A stretch of DNA of 64,000 nucleotides, taken from contig NW_024704760.1 of assembly GCF_018977255.1 (NCBI RefSeq), positions 5,890,001-5,954,000 on the forward strand. Direction: 5' to 3'. The position numbers were made by a program, and so were the translations under genes. Shown here piece after piece: positions 12,601-33,100 of the stretch (position 1 is its first letter; each line of letters opens with the position of its first letter). The stretch comes from Callorhinchus milii. Taxonomy: Eukaryota. Below the pieces are notes generated by a model. It ran no database searches and was not told where the DNA came from. It saw only the letters and a list, made by a program, of their open reading frames with translations.

Positions 12601-15600
12601 AACCCCCTCCCCCCCCCCACCCCTCTCTTCCCCCGCTTCCTTCCTCCTTGGTCTTTGCGATGTTTGCCCTAGGTGAAAAGTGTTATATACAAGTGTGATT
12701 TGTTGTTGTTGTTGTTGTTTTGGGTGTTTTGAGAGCCTAATATAGTTACAAATATATGTTACAAAGTGACTTCCAATGTAGTTATAATTTCCTTTTGCAG
12801 CGATTGGAAATATCTTGGAAAGAGTTCAGATGTCTATCAACCAAGAAAGAAGCCTTAATCACTGTATAATAATAATAATAATCCTTGTATATAATTTAGT
12901 ACTTTATCACGTCTTTGAAACTTCTCAAAGTGCTTCACAGAATATAAATAGGAGTTGAAGTAAGAAGTTTTAATGTTCCTTATTAAACAAAGTCAGGTGG
13001 TCACTTTAATAACAGTAATCAACTAACCTCAATAGCCCCAAAGAAGAATACTTATCTTAATGAGCTCAGAACACCTTCTCTCTCGATCCCGAATGACTCT
13101 GATATTGTTTCTCATGACTGAAATGAAATAAGGACTGAAATTGATAGTGCTAATCTACTTGTTCCTTGTTTGTAAATCACAAGACTAGCGAACTGAATCC
13201 TTTCCAATATTTGTTGACCGTGAGAGTCATATTTTCTCCAAAATTGTATCAATTAATCAATGTTTTAACCCTTTTTTTCCCCAGGAAAAGTCAATTAATG
13301 CCTCCTCCTTATACCCAGCCTTCAAGCAAAACCTATGACTTGAGGTACCATTGATGCAAAAGAGTAATTAATCGTCTCATCTTTTAACTACACTGAAATA
13401 TTTGTAGAGTTGATAATGGAATTTGAAGAGTAACATAACATTTTGTCGGTATTTTTTCAGCATTAAAACATTGTTCTTTTGTAACCAAGATTATACTCCT
13501 TTATGCTCATAAATTGGAACTGCAAGTCAATAAAACTGCAGCTTCCTGTTTTTCTTTCAAAGCTGTAATAACATTTGTATCATTATTAACCACTCCTAAT
13601 TAATTTACAAAGGATAGATGGAGGTAATAATAATAATAATCCTTGCATTTGATATAGTGCCTTATCACATTGTTGAGATGTCTCAAAGTACTTCACAGAA
13701 TATACTGTAAAGTGAATTGACTGTATATTTTGTGGGCGAGGTAGGAGATAAATGCAGGTGACAGATGATTTAAGGTTCTTTTCATCCTCTAATGAGATTC
13801 ATACATTGCTTCTTGAACAGGATAAGACTTTAGACACTGACAGCATCTAATCAACTGTAAATGGTATCAGTCACATGCAGCAAAGCACAGGACACATAAT
13901 CCCTGACCACTGCCTAAAGCAGGATGTATGCACAAACATGTAGATCAATCTGTTAAAAGCAGATAAAAAAGTATTAGGAAGATGACAAAATTAATTAGGG
14001 CCAGGCGAATAGAGGTTTATTTTTATTCCCTAAAACATTAAACAATAATTTAGCAAATATTAAAATAATAATCCTTGCTTTGTTTCATATAGTGCCTTAT
14101 CAAGTCCTCGAGACGTCTCAGAGAACTTCAAAGAATGCACTGTAAAATGAATTGACTGTATATTTTGTGGGCGAAACGCGGCAGTCAATTGCGCACAGCA
14201 GCGTCCCACAAACAGTCGTGGATTGAGTGACCAATTTTTTTTGTTATTTCAATGTAACTTAATGTTACTTAAAAGGGTCAGCGAGCATCCCACCGCATTT
14301 GAACACCTTCTGTTCAATATATTGTTTATTGAAACCGTCAGAAGATAATCAGACAGGAAAAGTGTAAGCAGCAATGGTGAAAAGTGTCTGTTTCATGTTT
14401 TCCACCGAACCACCCAACAATTGATGGGAACGTTTTCAGCCATTGTGGCTCCAGCTCTCTGGAACTGGTGTCAGGCTATTTAATCAGAGGGCATCACAGT
14501 TGAGGATGACCTTGTCTTCACCCAATATACACAGATGAAACGCATTACAGCATCACTATCAGTGCTAATTATAGCGATCATGACCAGGGATACTAATTGT
14601 TTGTGTTTCCCCATCACTAGACCAGGTTTATTGAAGCCAATTCTACTTCTTCCAGTTGCTTTTATCAGCCAAAAACATTCTGTGGAGGAAAAACTACTAA
14701 CAAAATCATAATGTGGAGAAAGACTTGCGTACAAACTTTTGACTATATATCTCAAATATCATTGATTTGTGTAATCACTTCTTAAATGGTACTAATAAAA
14801 GCCACTGTAATTCAGTCATCACCTAGCAGTCACTGTATTTATTGCAGTTATTTGTAGGAAAGGTTGTGGTACGCTTTATTTCAAAGGCATTAAGGGTTAA
14901 GGGATCTTATTTTATAATCGTGCAATATTCGCTAATGCTGCAATAAAAAGTAACACTATATTTCCCACTATATTGCTGCTATTTCTTCAATGTTGGCCCA
15001 CTTGTAGCCAAAATATTCTGTGGTTTTAAAGTTCTACCATCTGATCTTTGGCACTCAATAGATATGGGAAAGCCTTAAATGCCGTTTTAATATCAATGGA
15101 GAGTTTCAAAAAAGATTTGAGGAGAAATATGTTCTGTATATGATATTGAACACAAAACTGCCATTCGTAAATGAGTCCTTCGTGAAAATAAATTACTTTG
15201 ATTGGTTTTGTAACCAGATTGTTCAAGGGGAATACAGCAGCTTTGCTGGAATTTTTATACAGAATTTTACATGGAACTTGGGCAACAAAAAGCAAAATGA
15301 CTGCAATGAAATTTGCGATTAATTGTAATTAATGGGAAGAGTATTAGCAGCATACAGTGATATGTTATAGTATAAAGGCGAGGAGTCATTTTGAGGAATA
15401 ATGTTTTTTAACTAACTTCAGACAAAATACATTGTGCCTCGATCCAGCTGGAGGTGACAACTATTTTATTTTAATTTTCTATTTTTTTTGTGAAGTAGTT
15501 TTTCCCCCAACTATTTAGACTGATAAGAAAAACAGTTTATTTACAATGTTGTTCTGTATTTCAGAATTGTCCTCAATAAAAAGTGATATTGCAATTGTCT

Positions 15601-15904
15601 ACATGGAATTATCGACACCAGAAAACAGCCCGTGACATTTGGTTAGATATTTAGTATGCTAAAGCAGAGAGCCATAAAAATAATATGACACAATTATTGA
15701 CTAGATCATTTATCAATGCACATTGAAGAAGGCAATATTATTGATGTTATCATATTCTGTCACAGTTGAATAACTCAGAAACCAAAACTTATAAATAATA
15801 CTGGTTGTAACAATGTGGTTGTAAAGAGTTTATTGAGAATGAGATCTCTTTTGTTTCTATGAACACCAAATATTTTAATGGAAGCATTATTTTCAGAAGA
15901 GTGT

Positions 15905-15999
15905 TCAAAATAAACACTCATCTGCTATATAAAAGCCAAGCAAGTTAGTTAGCTCAATCAGAAAGCTCTATTCAACAGAACTGACTCAACCTCAAAACA
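15905..15999 (+). promoter_or_regulatory. MLN: Motilin promoter and short non-coding exon 1
   Basis: FOXA-like AATAAACA at ~15909, TATATAAAA at 15926-15934 and a GTAAGT donor at 16000. Mammalian MLN also has a non-coding first exon. Confidence 0.6.
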
Positions 16000-16276
16000 G
16001 TAAGTGCTACATTTCAATATCTATATGTTAAGGATGTGTGAGTGTACATTTGCACACGGTTAGATTTAGTCAAGTAAACAACATACCAATTTTAATTGCA
16101 AATTACTTATTCATTGTTTGTGCCTGTAAATGTCAGTTGCAATTTGTGAACTATTTATTTTTGATAGCAATTTGTAAGAGATCGTCTTGGGACAAGGTGA
16201 CCAAAGAATGTGAATGGGAAAGATGTTGAATGTAGATGAAGTTAAATGTAAATTCCTTTTTTAACAATTGCCAATA

Positions 16277-16755
16277 TGGAGAATGATACCAAGGATGGGG
16301 AAGCTTAGCTATGAGGACAGGCTGGAAAAGTTAGGACTTTTCCCATTAGAGAAGAGAAGGTTACGCGGGGACCTGATAGAGGTCTTCAAGATCATGAAAG
16401 GTTTCGACAGGCGAGATAGGGAAAAGCTGTTTCCGCTGGTAGGTGTGTCTGTGACTTGTGGTCACAGTCTTAAGATATCTACCAAAAGAAGCAGAGAGGA
16501 GGTTAGAAGAAATGTTTTCACTCAGCGAGTTGTTAGAATTTGGAATGATCCGCCTGAAAGGGCAGTGAAGTCCGATTCGATAACAGCTTTTAAGAGAGAA
16601 CTGGATAGGTATCTGGAGAAGACAGGTTTGCAGGGTTATGGGGAGAAAGCTGGTGAGTGGGGTTAATAAAAGTCAGCTGCTCTGTCAAAGAGCCGCACAG
16701 ACTCGATGGGCCGAATGGCCTCCTTCTATGCCGTAACATTCTATGATTCTATGAT
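16277..16755 (+). mobile_element. CR1-clade LINE 3' fragment in MLN intron 1
   Basis: ORF2 C-terminus RMIPRMGKLSYEDRLEKLGLFPLEKRRLRGDLIEVFKIMKG...FTQRVVRIWN; 3' UTR GGGCCGAATGGCCT; (ATTCTATG)n tail. Confidence 0.9.
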
Positions 16756-17187
16756 ATGGTTTCAAATGTAGATTCAGAGAACAGCCAACACGCTATTCAA
16801 TTTGAATCACTGCAAGAGAATAAAAAATGAAGCTTACACCAACAACTATTTGTTCATTTTCTATTGTGCACTAGCCAGTTTTGTACTGTACTGCACACAA
16901 ATGTCAATATTTCCAGAATCACCTGAAATACTGTGCAAGATTAAAGTAAAAGACTGATTCCGACTTTTAAGGTGGAATTATTACTGTTGATTATTACTTA
17001 TTTATAATTCAGAAATCTGGTTTGTTTTGAAGCAAAAGCTACTTGGGTATTTGGTATAAATGAAGAGCTTAGCTTTCGTAATAGGAGGCATCTGTAAAAC
17101 AACTGGATAATGCTTCCCTTAGAAGAAATATTGAAATGTAGCACTTTCACTCGTTCGTTAACATTTTCTTTTCTTTCAGCTTCGAAG

Positions 17188-19256
17188 ATGGTTTCCAAGC
17201 GAGTAATCATAAGCCTCCTGGTGGTGTGTGCTGTGGCTATGCTGGCAGAGAGGACTGAGGGGTTCCTGAGTTTCCTCAGCCCATTTGATCTTCAAAAGAT
17301 AATTGTATGAAAACATTTTCAACAACAACAACAATTTACATTTATATAGCGCCTTTCATGTCGGGAGTTCGTCCCAAGACGCTGGGCAATCAGGGATTTT
17401 TACCCGAGCAGGGGTTGGGATCAGGGGTGGAGGGCAGGGAGGGCGGGGGTAAGAGAGTGACCGAAGGCACAGTTGAAGAGGAAGGTCTCAAGACGTACCT
17501 TGAAGGAAGCAAGGGAGGGAGCAAGGCAAAGAAACTGTGAGATGGAGTTCCAAAGGGCGGAAAACAGTTTAAACACTTGCCCCAAATTTCACCTAGTCTT
17601 GGAGTGGAAGATCAATTTGTCTTGAAATGCACAATTTCCTTGAAATTGTGAAGAAAAATCTTTTAAAAATCCAGTCTTAAAATAGATGCTAGTTTTCTAC
17701 AATTCCCTTAAAAGAACAATTTCCCAAATTAAGGCTGAGATGACCAATTATTCACAAACCTGCTCAATCTTCAATTTAAGACCAAAAAGTCCTGCAGGCT
17801 CAGGTTGGGCAGAATTTCAGGTCTACTTAAGCTGTAACAAATGTTATTTTAGGCCAGTTCTTGCTTGTAATCTATAGCATCTGGAGAAGTGGTGGTTAAA
17901 CGATATTATTCAAACAGGTGCATTACTGTAACAAAGTGGAATTTAATTTTGCAGAGGTTGTATTCAATGTGTCAAAGATGCTACTTGCTATATTGTTTAT
18001 TACTTACTACTATTCTTTCATTGAAAGGCCAAAAACAGAATAAGAATGGAGAAAAATATGGCAGAAAACCTGCAACGGAGATCTGAAGAAAATGGTTCCC
18101 CAGAAGGATTGGGTAGAGATGAGACCGCAGAAGAGATAGTAAGGGTATTTAATAAGACCAATATGGAGTTCTGTAGCTTAGTGGTTAGAGCTCTCGCCTC
18201 GCAAGCGTCCTCGCAGGAGGACTTGGGTTTGATTCCCGGGCAGAGCAAAATGTTGGGCAAGTTTCCTTACTTTACTGACCTAACAGTAAGTAGGTTGTTA
18301 GTCGATTGGAGAATTGTTTTTCCGGGGGCTAATAAACCCTTCAAAAAAATTATAATACTTTTGTCATTCAATCCACAATTTTTTGTGGGACACTGTGGCA
18401 CTGTGGCGCTGTGCGCAATTGCCTGCCACATTTCACCCACAAAATACACTTTACAGTATATTCTGTGAAGTGCTTTGAGACAGCTGAAAGACTTATCAAA
18501 TGCAAGGATTATTATTATTATGATAATGGCATGTACCTGCTTAAAATGCCTGTACATAGATCTATAACAGCAACGACATCATTACAAAATATACTAACTG
18601 CAGTATAAATAAACAGGCAAGTCGATTCCATTTGGTAATATTGAAAATGATTACATTTGTCATACAGCCTTAGAGATGGACTGCTATAATAAGGATAAAT
18701 AGAAATCGGTTGATCAAATAAAACAGAATACAGTTTCACTATTATTTGTTCACACACTGATTTTATTTCTTGACGAATTGTGCTCAGGTCTGTGTTCCTT
18801 TGGAAGTTGGAGTCAAAATGAACGCGAAACAGTTATTGAAATATGAAAATCTTGTGGGTGAAATTTTGTCAGAAGGCACCAATGGTAAGACAGGTTTCAT
18901 TTCATTTTTAGGAATCTGATCTTAATGTCAAAAGATTGATAGAAAAAAACGTTACATTTCCATGCTACTGTGTACAGATTAATACCAATTTGGGGATACA
19001 AAATATTACAAGACAAACATTCTTTTTTTATGGGTGGAAAACAAAATTAATAAATAGATTCTACCTCTTCTGAAGACTCAGTTGATAAATCTCGGATTCT
19101 GCTGACTGAGTTGGCTGACCTCAATCAGGTAAGCAGTAACGATGACATAATAGGTCACAATGCCAAATTATCAAAGGTATTCATAACCATAATAAAATGT
19201 CAAATTACTGAAAACATTTTTAATCGTTGTGGTTTTTTCAATAAACAGGCCAATGA
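17188..19256 (+). CDS. MLN: Promotilin precursor, ~112 aa; coding exons 17188-17304, 18028-18144 (alternative in-frame donor at 18138), 18788-18884, 19249-19256
   Basis: The signal peptide MVSKRVIISLLVVCAVAMLAERTEG resembles human MVSRKAVAALLVVHVAAMLASQTEA. Mature region FLSFLSPFDLQKII|AKNRIRMEKNMAENLQ-RR; associated peptide VCVPLEVGVKMNAKQLLKY (human LTAPLEIGMRMNSRQLEKY). Phases 0/0/1 are consistent. Lies directly upstream of LEMD2, as human MLN does. Confidence 0.88.
17320..17560 (-). mobile_element. L2-clade LINE 3' fragment in MLN intron 2
   Basis: Same family as 1733-2060; tail AGCGTCTTGGGACG...GAAAGGCGCTATATAAATG(TTG)n. Confidence 0.75.
18164..18520 (+). mobile_element. Full-length tRNA(Ala-like)-headed SINE with L2-type tail, in MLN intron 3
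   Basis: A box TAGCTTAGTGG, B-box-like GGTTTGATTCC, family body, and AAATGCAAGGA(TTA)n tail. Confidence 0.85.
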
Positions 19257-19341
19257 CGTGGAGAAGATCACAGCTGGAAGATCCTTCAATGCTGCAACTG
19301 AAGATTTATGGAACATTATCATTGATTGTCACTTAGTAATT

Positions 19342-19347
19342 AATAAA
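19342..19347 (+). terminator. MLN: MLN polyadenylation signal
   Basis: AATAAA about 85 nt after the TGA, followed by U/GU-rich sequence. Confidence 0.65.
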
Positions 19348-19544
19348 GTTACGTAATCATAGCAACTCTGTGCTTCTGTTTTTCTCCTGTCTTATAGTTT
19401 TGACATTTAATTCATTGTAAGAATCCTGCATCAAGGTCACGGTAAGACAAGTTGCCCTTTCTCCAGTACATTAAAATAAAGTGGCTCTGAGAACTCCCCA
19501 AACAAAACATTTTCTTCACCACACACTGCCACTCAACTGAGCCA

Positions 19545-19742
19545 GAGGAGGGTGACTGAAGGCACGGTCGAGGAGGAGGGTTTTGAGACGGGCTTTGAAG
19601 GGGGCAAGGGAGTGGGCGAGGAGGAAGGACTGCGGGGTGGAGTTCCAGAGGGTGGGGGGGCAAGAGTGGCAGAAGGCCCGCCCACCTGCCAATGGTGGGG
19701 CGGGCGAGACGGGGGACGTGAAGCAGGCCCGGAGCCCCCTGC
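19545..19742 (-). mobile_element. L2-clade LINE fragment
   Basis: Minus-strand GRAFCHSCPPTLWNSTPQSFLLAHSLAPFKARLKTLLLDRAF. Confidence 0.75.
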
Positions 19743-19852
19743 GTTCCGCCCGCAAAATATACCGTCAATTCACTGCACAGTACATTCTGTGAAGCGCGTC
19801 GCGACGCCTCGCAGTCGTGGTGCGGCGCTATATCAAGTCCATTATACCATTG

Positions 19853-20181
19853 TGGAGTCCTGTAGCTCAGTGGTTAGAGCACTCGCTTTGCAAGTGAGAG
19901 ACCTGAGTTCAATTCCAGGCAGGACGAAACCTTGGGCAACTTTCCTTACTCCACACAGAGCCCTAATAATAATCCCTCCAAAACTAAAAACAATAATTAA
20001 ATTGGTCATTTTCAATCTACGACTGTTTGTGGGACATTGCTGTGCCCAATTGGCTGCCGCGTTCGCCCACAAATATACAGTCAATTCACTTTACAGTGTG
20101 TTCTGTGAAGCGCTTTGGGACGTCCTCCCGACGTGAAAAGCGCTATATCAAATGCAAGGATTATTATTATTATTATTATTA
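19853..20181 (+). mobile_element. Young full-length tRNA-headed SINE between MLN and LEMD2
   Basis: Intact A box TAGCTCAGTGG and B box GTTCAATTCC; near-identical to 42869-43190. Confidence 0.9.
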
Positions 20182-20395
20182 TCAAACGCAAGGATTCGTA
20201 TCGTCACGTCAACGAGGAGTCTCGAAGCGCTTCACCCAACATATTAAGTAAATATTAAGCGTCACGAGCCTCACATCGTTGGGCTTTCTTCTTCTGGTTG
20301 GCGGTGGTGGTGGTGGTGGCGGTGGTGGTGGATTGGGGATGAAGACAGGTGTGAGAGGACAAAACAGCTGTGATTGTATCAAGTGCAACAGGTGA

Positions 20396-28570
<8,175 letters not shown>

Positions 28571-29629
28571 ATAAGATCCAGAGGAAGTCAGGATTGGATT
28601 CCACAGTATTCCATGAATACTCTGTTGGGTGATTGGGGCTATTGCATGTACTTTCAAAGCAATATAACAAAGATCAAGTGTAGTATCTGGTCTTATGAGT
28701 TACTCCTTGGGCCATGTGCCTGCAGCTGCTTTTCTTTTGAGGTGTGGACATGTTTAGCGTTCCATGATCTGAACTTCCCTATAATGTGTTATGGGAGGTT
28801 GAGCTTCTGTTGGGAGAGCTGTGCCCTTGGCCTGCTGATGGCACGATCGGGATTGACAGAGGCCTGACCTGAGGAGTTCGATTCTCCCTCACAAAGAGGA
28901 GCAGAGAAAATTGAATGAGGAACTAGCTAGAGCCCTTGGCTCAGTCGCAAGTCTCAGGCCAGGCTTGCCCGGGCCAGAGAGATGATCTGGTCATCTGACT
29001 TGCTCGGGTGGTCGTGAGAAAAAGAATCAGGTCCGCGTTGTCCTTTGATGAATTGGGACTTCGTGTTGGGGTGGGGGTGGAATTAGGATCATCTGAGTAA
29101 CAACTCCAGTTCCCATTTGAGCAACGCAATTCGTTTTAATTTGACTGAATGGGGATGAGTGCAATCTAACCTTGTTCAGCGAATTAAAAATACCTATAAT
29201 TTGGTTCATCCATTGGCGGGTGGCAAGCACACGCCAAGTGCTTTGTAGATCATTCTCAGCCTTTATTTTTCAGCCACAGTAAAACTTGCGTAAGTCATAT
29301 CAGTCGGGACTATAACATTTAATATGACGCATCTGAAGTATGAGCTGCAGGCAAACTTGCACAATTGCTGTATCATATACAACTTGTGCAAAGTAATAAG
29401 TAAGTTGGAATTTACACAACTAACACCTAACAAATACACTAAAGAAGTACAAGTTTAGTGTCACTAAACTTGCATTTAGTTGCACCTGTATTGCCTGATG
29501 CAACAATGGCAAGTCAAGGACTTATTTCAACGGTACACTATTGCGTATGCAGTATTTCATTACTGTAGCTGGTAAATTGAGTGAATTGTCTTATTAACAG
29601 TGTTAAAATCTGCATTTTTTTTAACATGA

Positions 29630-30030
29630 CAATGCCACCTCCATTTATACAGCAACGTTTCATGTCAGAAGAACATATCAAAGCACACTACATTGCTGGC
29701 TGGGCAACTTGAGATATCTTGACATGGGGGCGAGAGTCGCGGGGGATGGGGAAGGGTGGGGAGGGTAAAGATGACCAAAAGATGTATTTTGAGATGGGCC
29801 TTGAAGAAGGGGAGGAAGGGAGTCAGAGGGTTTCTGGAATGGAGTTCTGGAGAGCAGGGGCAGAATGGATGGATGCCTACCTCCCGAAGGTGGGCTACAG
29901 GAGATGATGCAGGAACAACGGAGCATCTGGTTCAATGTGGTTGAATGTGATCACAGGTGGTGGGGTGGGATGGGGAGAGATTGGAAGGATTTGAATATGA
30001 GAATGAGGATCTTGAACTCGATCCACAATG
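29630..30030 (-). mobile_element. Degenerate L2 LINE fragment in the putative LEMD2 3' UTR
   Basis: Purine-rich segment homologous to the other L2 fragments (TTGAAGAAGGGGAGG...GGAATGGAGTTC). Confidence 0.6.
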
Positions 30031-30148
30031 GAGGTTTGGGATTTTTAATATTTTAATGTAACCAAGGGCTGTCTGAGTTTATTGCTTCAGATAATTTTAT
30101 ACTATGTCCAATGAATCTGCATACTGTTTTATTAATCTGTTTTTATTA

Positions 30149-30154
30149 AATAAA
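30149..30154 (+). terminator. Candidate LEMD2 polyadenylation signal
   Basis: AATAAA in a U-rich context about 1.6 kb after the stop codon. Confidence 0.4.
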
Positions 30155-33100
30155 GTTCACTTAAAAAGAACATAACATTGTCATGTAACTCATTGTAGGG
30201 CATCGCTGGCACAGATTAGCTGCTGCATTTGCACAGATATATTAAAAAAAAACTCACTGTATGTTGTACTTTGAGACCTTATACAATCAAAGTGCATATT
30301 TTGTTTCATCATCTAGTTTACTTAAGCTCCAATGTCAAGAGCTGATCATTTATAAATTCCTGCAGAATGAATCCTGCAGTAGTGAGCAATCAGTACAGAC
30401 AGTCACGGTCAAACTGATGTCAAATTTTAAAATCCGATTGATGCTGCAGACGTTTTATATGAGTTAAGAATTGCATTAGAAAAGTTCAGTAACAGTTTGA
30501 GAATACTGAACACTTGGGAAATTTTAAGTTTAGGCCAAGCCTGTATATGCAAATGTCAAGCTTAATTTAGGAATTCTATTCAAATGGGAGTTAATAAATA
30601 GCACTGGACGGAATAAAACATAATTTCACCCACAAAATAGTCAATCCATTTTACATTATATTCTGTGAAGTGCTTTGAGACTTCTCAATGACGTGATGAG
30701 GCGTTATATCAAATGAAAGGATCATTATTAATTTATGAAGGAATTGCCACAGACTACTTTGAGTTAAAAACAAGCACCTAAGAGTTAATTCATTTTGATG
30801 TTGCAGTGATTGAAATCAACAGGAAATCTGTATCCACATGACCCACATCAGCAAAACAATTTAAAGCTTACATTAAGGACTGGTGGCATTGGTCAAGGGA
30901 TCAGAAGAAATGTTTTTCATCAAAATATAATCAAAAGATTTGTAAAGAACAATTCAAAGCATTTATGGTGAGGACAAAATTGGAACAAATTTTCTGCATC
31001 GCAAGCTTATTGTTTATATCTTTCTGCTGAAAGGAAATGAGATGTTCATTGTTCAACTTGATTTTAGTTCCTGTTTCTGAGTGTGTTAGTGCAAACTTTA
31101 TATTCATTAACGTAAGTAAATAAACCAAAGATAGGTTGTATTTGGAGATGCATTTATTAGTTTTAGAGTTTAATTCTGTGCCTTGGGACGTCCTCCCGAT
31201 ATATAAATGCAAGTTGTTGTTTGATAACATGATCAAAAGGTATGTCGTTTAACGAGATGCAACAGGGCATATTTTTCTGTAATATTTTCTTTGCAAATTG
31301 AAACTAACATAAAAACAGGCGTCTATGCAGATTTGAATTCACTCTCTGTGATAATTCGAGTTTGTTAGACAACAGAGATTGCTTTCTGGGCCTGCCCTGT
31401 CATTGTCGTTAGGCCTGAGTAGATAGTACACAGTGTAACGCTGAAGGCTTCTATGCTATGCATTTGGGTCTGGTTGAGTAAGTAATGTGATTGCATTCAG
31501 ACCTTTGTGACGTTCACTTTACAACTGGCCCTCAGTTTCCATATTTTGACATTTTCAGACATTGTTCGCCCGCTAAGTCAGGTTTAATTTATTTTTAAGC
31601 AATAGTTAGCAACCAGATAGCTACAATTGCATTCAAACTGGAATTCAGGAAGAATGTCTTGTGAAGTGTTTCACAGAGTGACTGCAATATATCAGATGTC
31701 ACAATCAGTGGAAAATTAGGTGCTGTTAAGTAGATGTTTGGCATAATGAAGTTGCCACTGGATTAATCTATAACGGTGTGTGTTGACAGCGTACAAATTT
31801 TTAGCTGTGGATTTTAATGCAATGTGATAGTCATTCCCTCCACGAGTTTTCCGTGTCAGGAAGTGTACATGTGCAGCTGTTTGTGAATGATCTCATAGAA
31901 TTCAGACTCTGCAGAGGTAAGGCAGCAGTAGTCTGAGTGAACGCAGCTGTAATATGAGTGCACCTTGTAAGGAAGAAGAATCCCGTGCCAAGCATAATAC
32001 CGAAATGGCCACTAACCTCGTCCCAGCAAATGACCTTCTGCTTCCTATTATGGTGTCTGGCTGAAGGTAAAAACATCTTTTAGATATTCATCATTTGGTT
32101 TTTCAGATAAAACATGGGCATAAAAGAAAATGCACAAGTTATTAATACAAGTTATTAAGTTTAATACACATTTGTTCGTGACTTGTTCATGGCGAGCTTA
32201 TTTAGAAGAAGTCGACATTGGAAAAATGTATATAATCCTTGCATTTATTTTGCATTGCATTTATTATCACGTCAGAAGGACGTCTCGAAGGGCTTCCCAG
32301 GATTTACTAGGAGATGGAGTGAACGTATATTTGTAGGAGAACATGGCAGCACAATTATTAATATATATGATACACCGTGTTAATAAGATTCAGAAGTATT
32401 GTTTGATCACAGCCATCATGCAAAACCAACATAAATAACGAAAAGTGAAAATATCTGATTTAAAGCACCGTCGAACTTTTATTTTGTATAGTAAATGCAC
32501 ATTTCTTCTTTCTACATGTGAAAAGCTTACTTCATGCTTCCCTCCTCTTAGCCATCAATGCCCCCAATTAAAATTGATCAGTCACTTCACGGCTATTTGT
32601 GGGACATTGCTGTGTGGAAATTGGCTGCCATTGCCAATTTGTCCAGCAAAATACAGTTGCTATATAGTAATTCCTGTGTAGCTTTTAGAGATGTCCTAGC
32701 GACATGATAAGGGGCTATAGTACTACTACTAATAATAAATATTGGAACCTAGTCAGGTAGTGTTGGTCAGATGCTTCACAAGCCACTGAAGATACTAACG
32801 GTTTGCATTGTGCTATAGTTTTTAATCCTCTATTCATGTTCAGATCAACATGAACATATTATGATTCAAGTGGCCTTCGCTGATTGTGCATCAGTAGTGG
32901 TTCTACACATTTATTGATGTAAACCAAAGCCACTAAATGAATTACTTGCAGAAGGGAAGTATTCTAATCATGCAGAATAAACAGACGACATGCTGCTTCT
33001 ACACATGGTTTGAAATCACAGAAATAATTAGCGAAGATGAATCTGATACCTCTTTGTCAGGACAGATGCAATTTCAAATGACTCGCTAAGATCATACTTT

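Noticed and set aside
16268-16666. 132-aa ORF as an independent gene or active LINE
   Set aside because: It is only the C-terminal stub of a 5'-truncated CR1 ORF2, with no reverse-transcriptase core or endonuclease.
17188-19256. Calling the hormone gene ghrelin
   Set aside because: N-terminal Phe rather than Gly, a motilin-type signal peptide, and its position next to LEMD2 all indicate MLN.
19853-19925. tRNA-Ala-like sequence (also at 18164, 42869, 53093, 54949) as tRNA genes
   Set aside because: Each continues into a SINE body and L2-type tail and lacks a proper acceptor stem and terminator; these are SINE heads.
19552-20136. 194-aa ORF and similar recurrent ORFs ending [12 protein letters not shown]
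   Set aside because: Chance translations of L2 antisense and SINE sequence.
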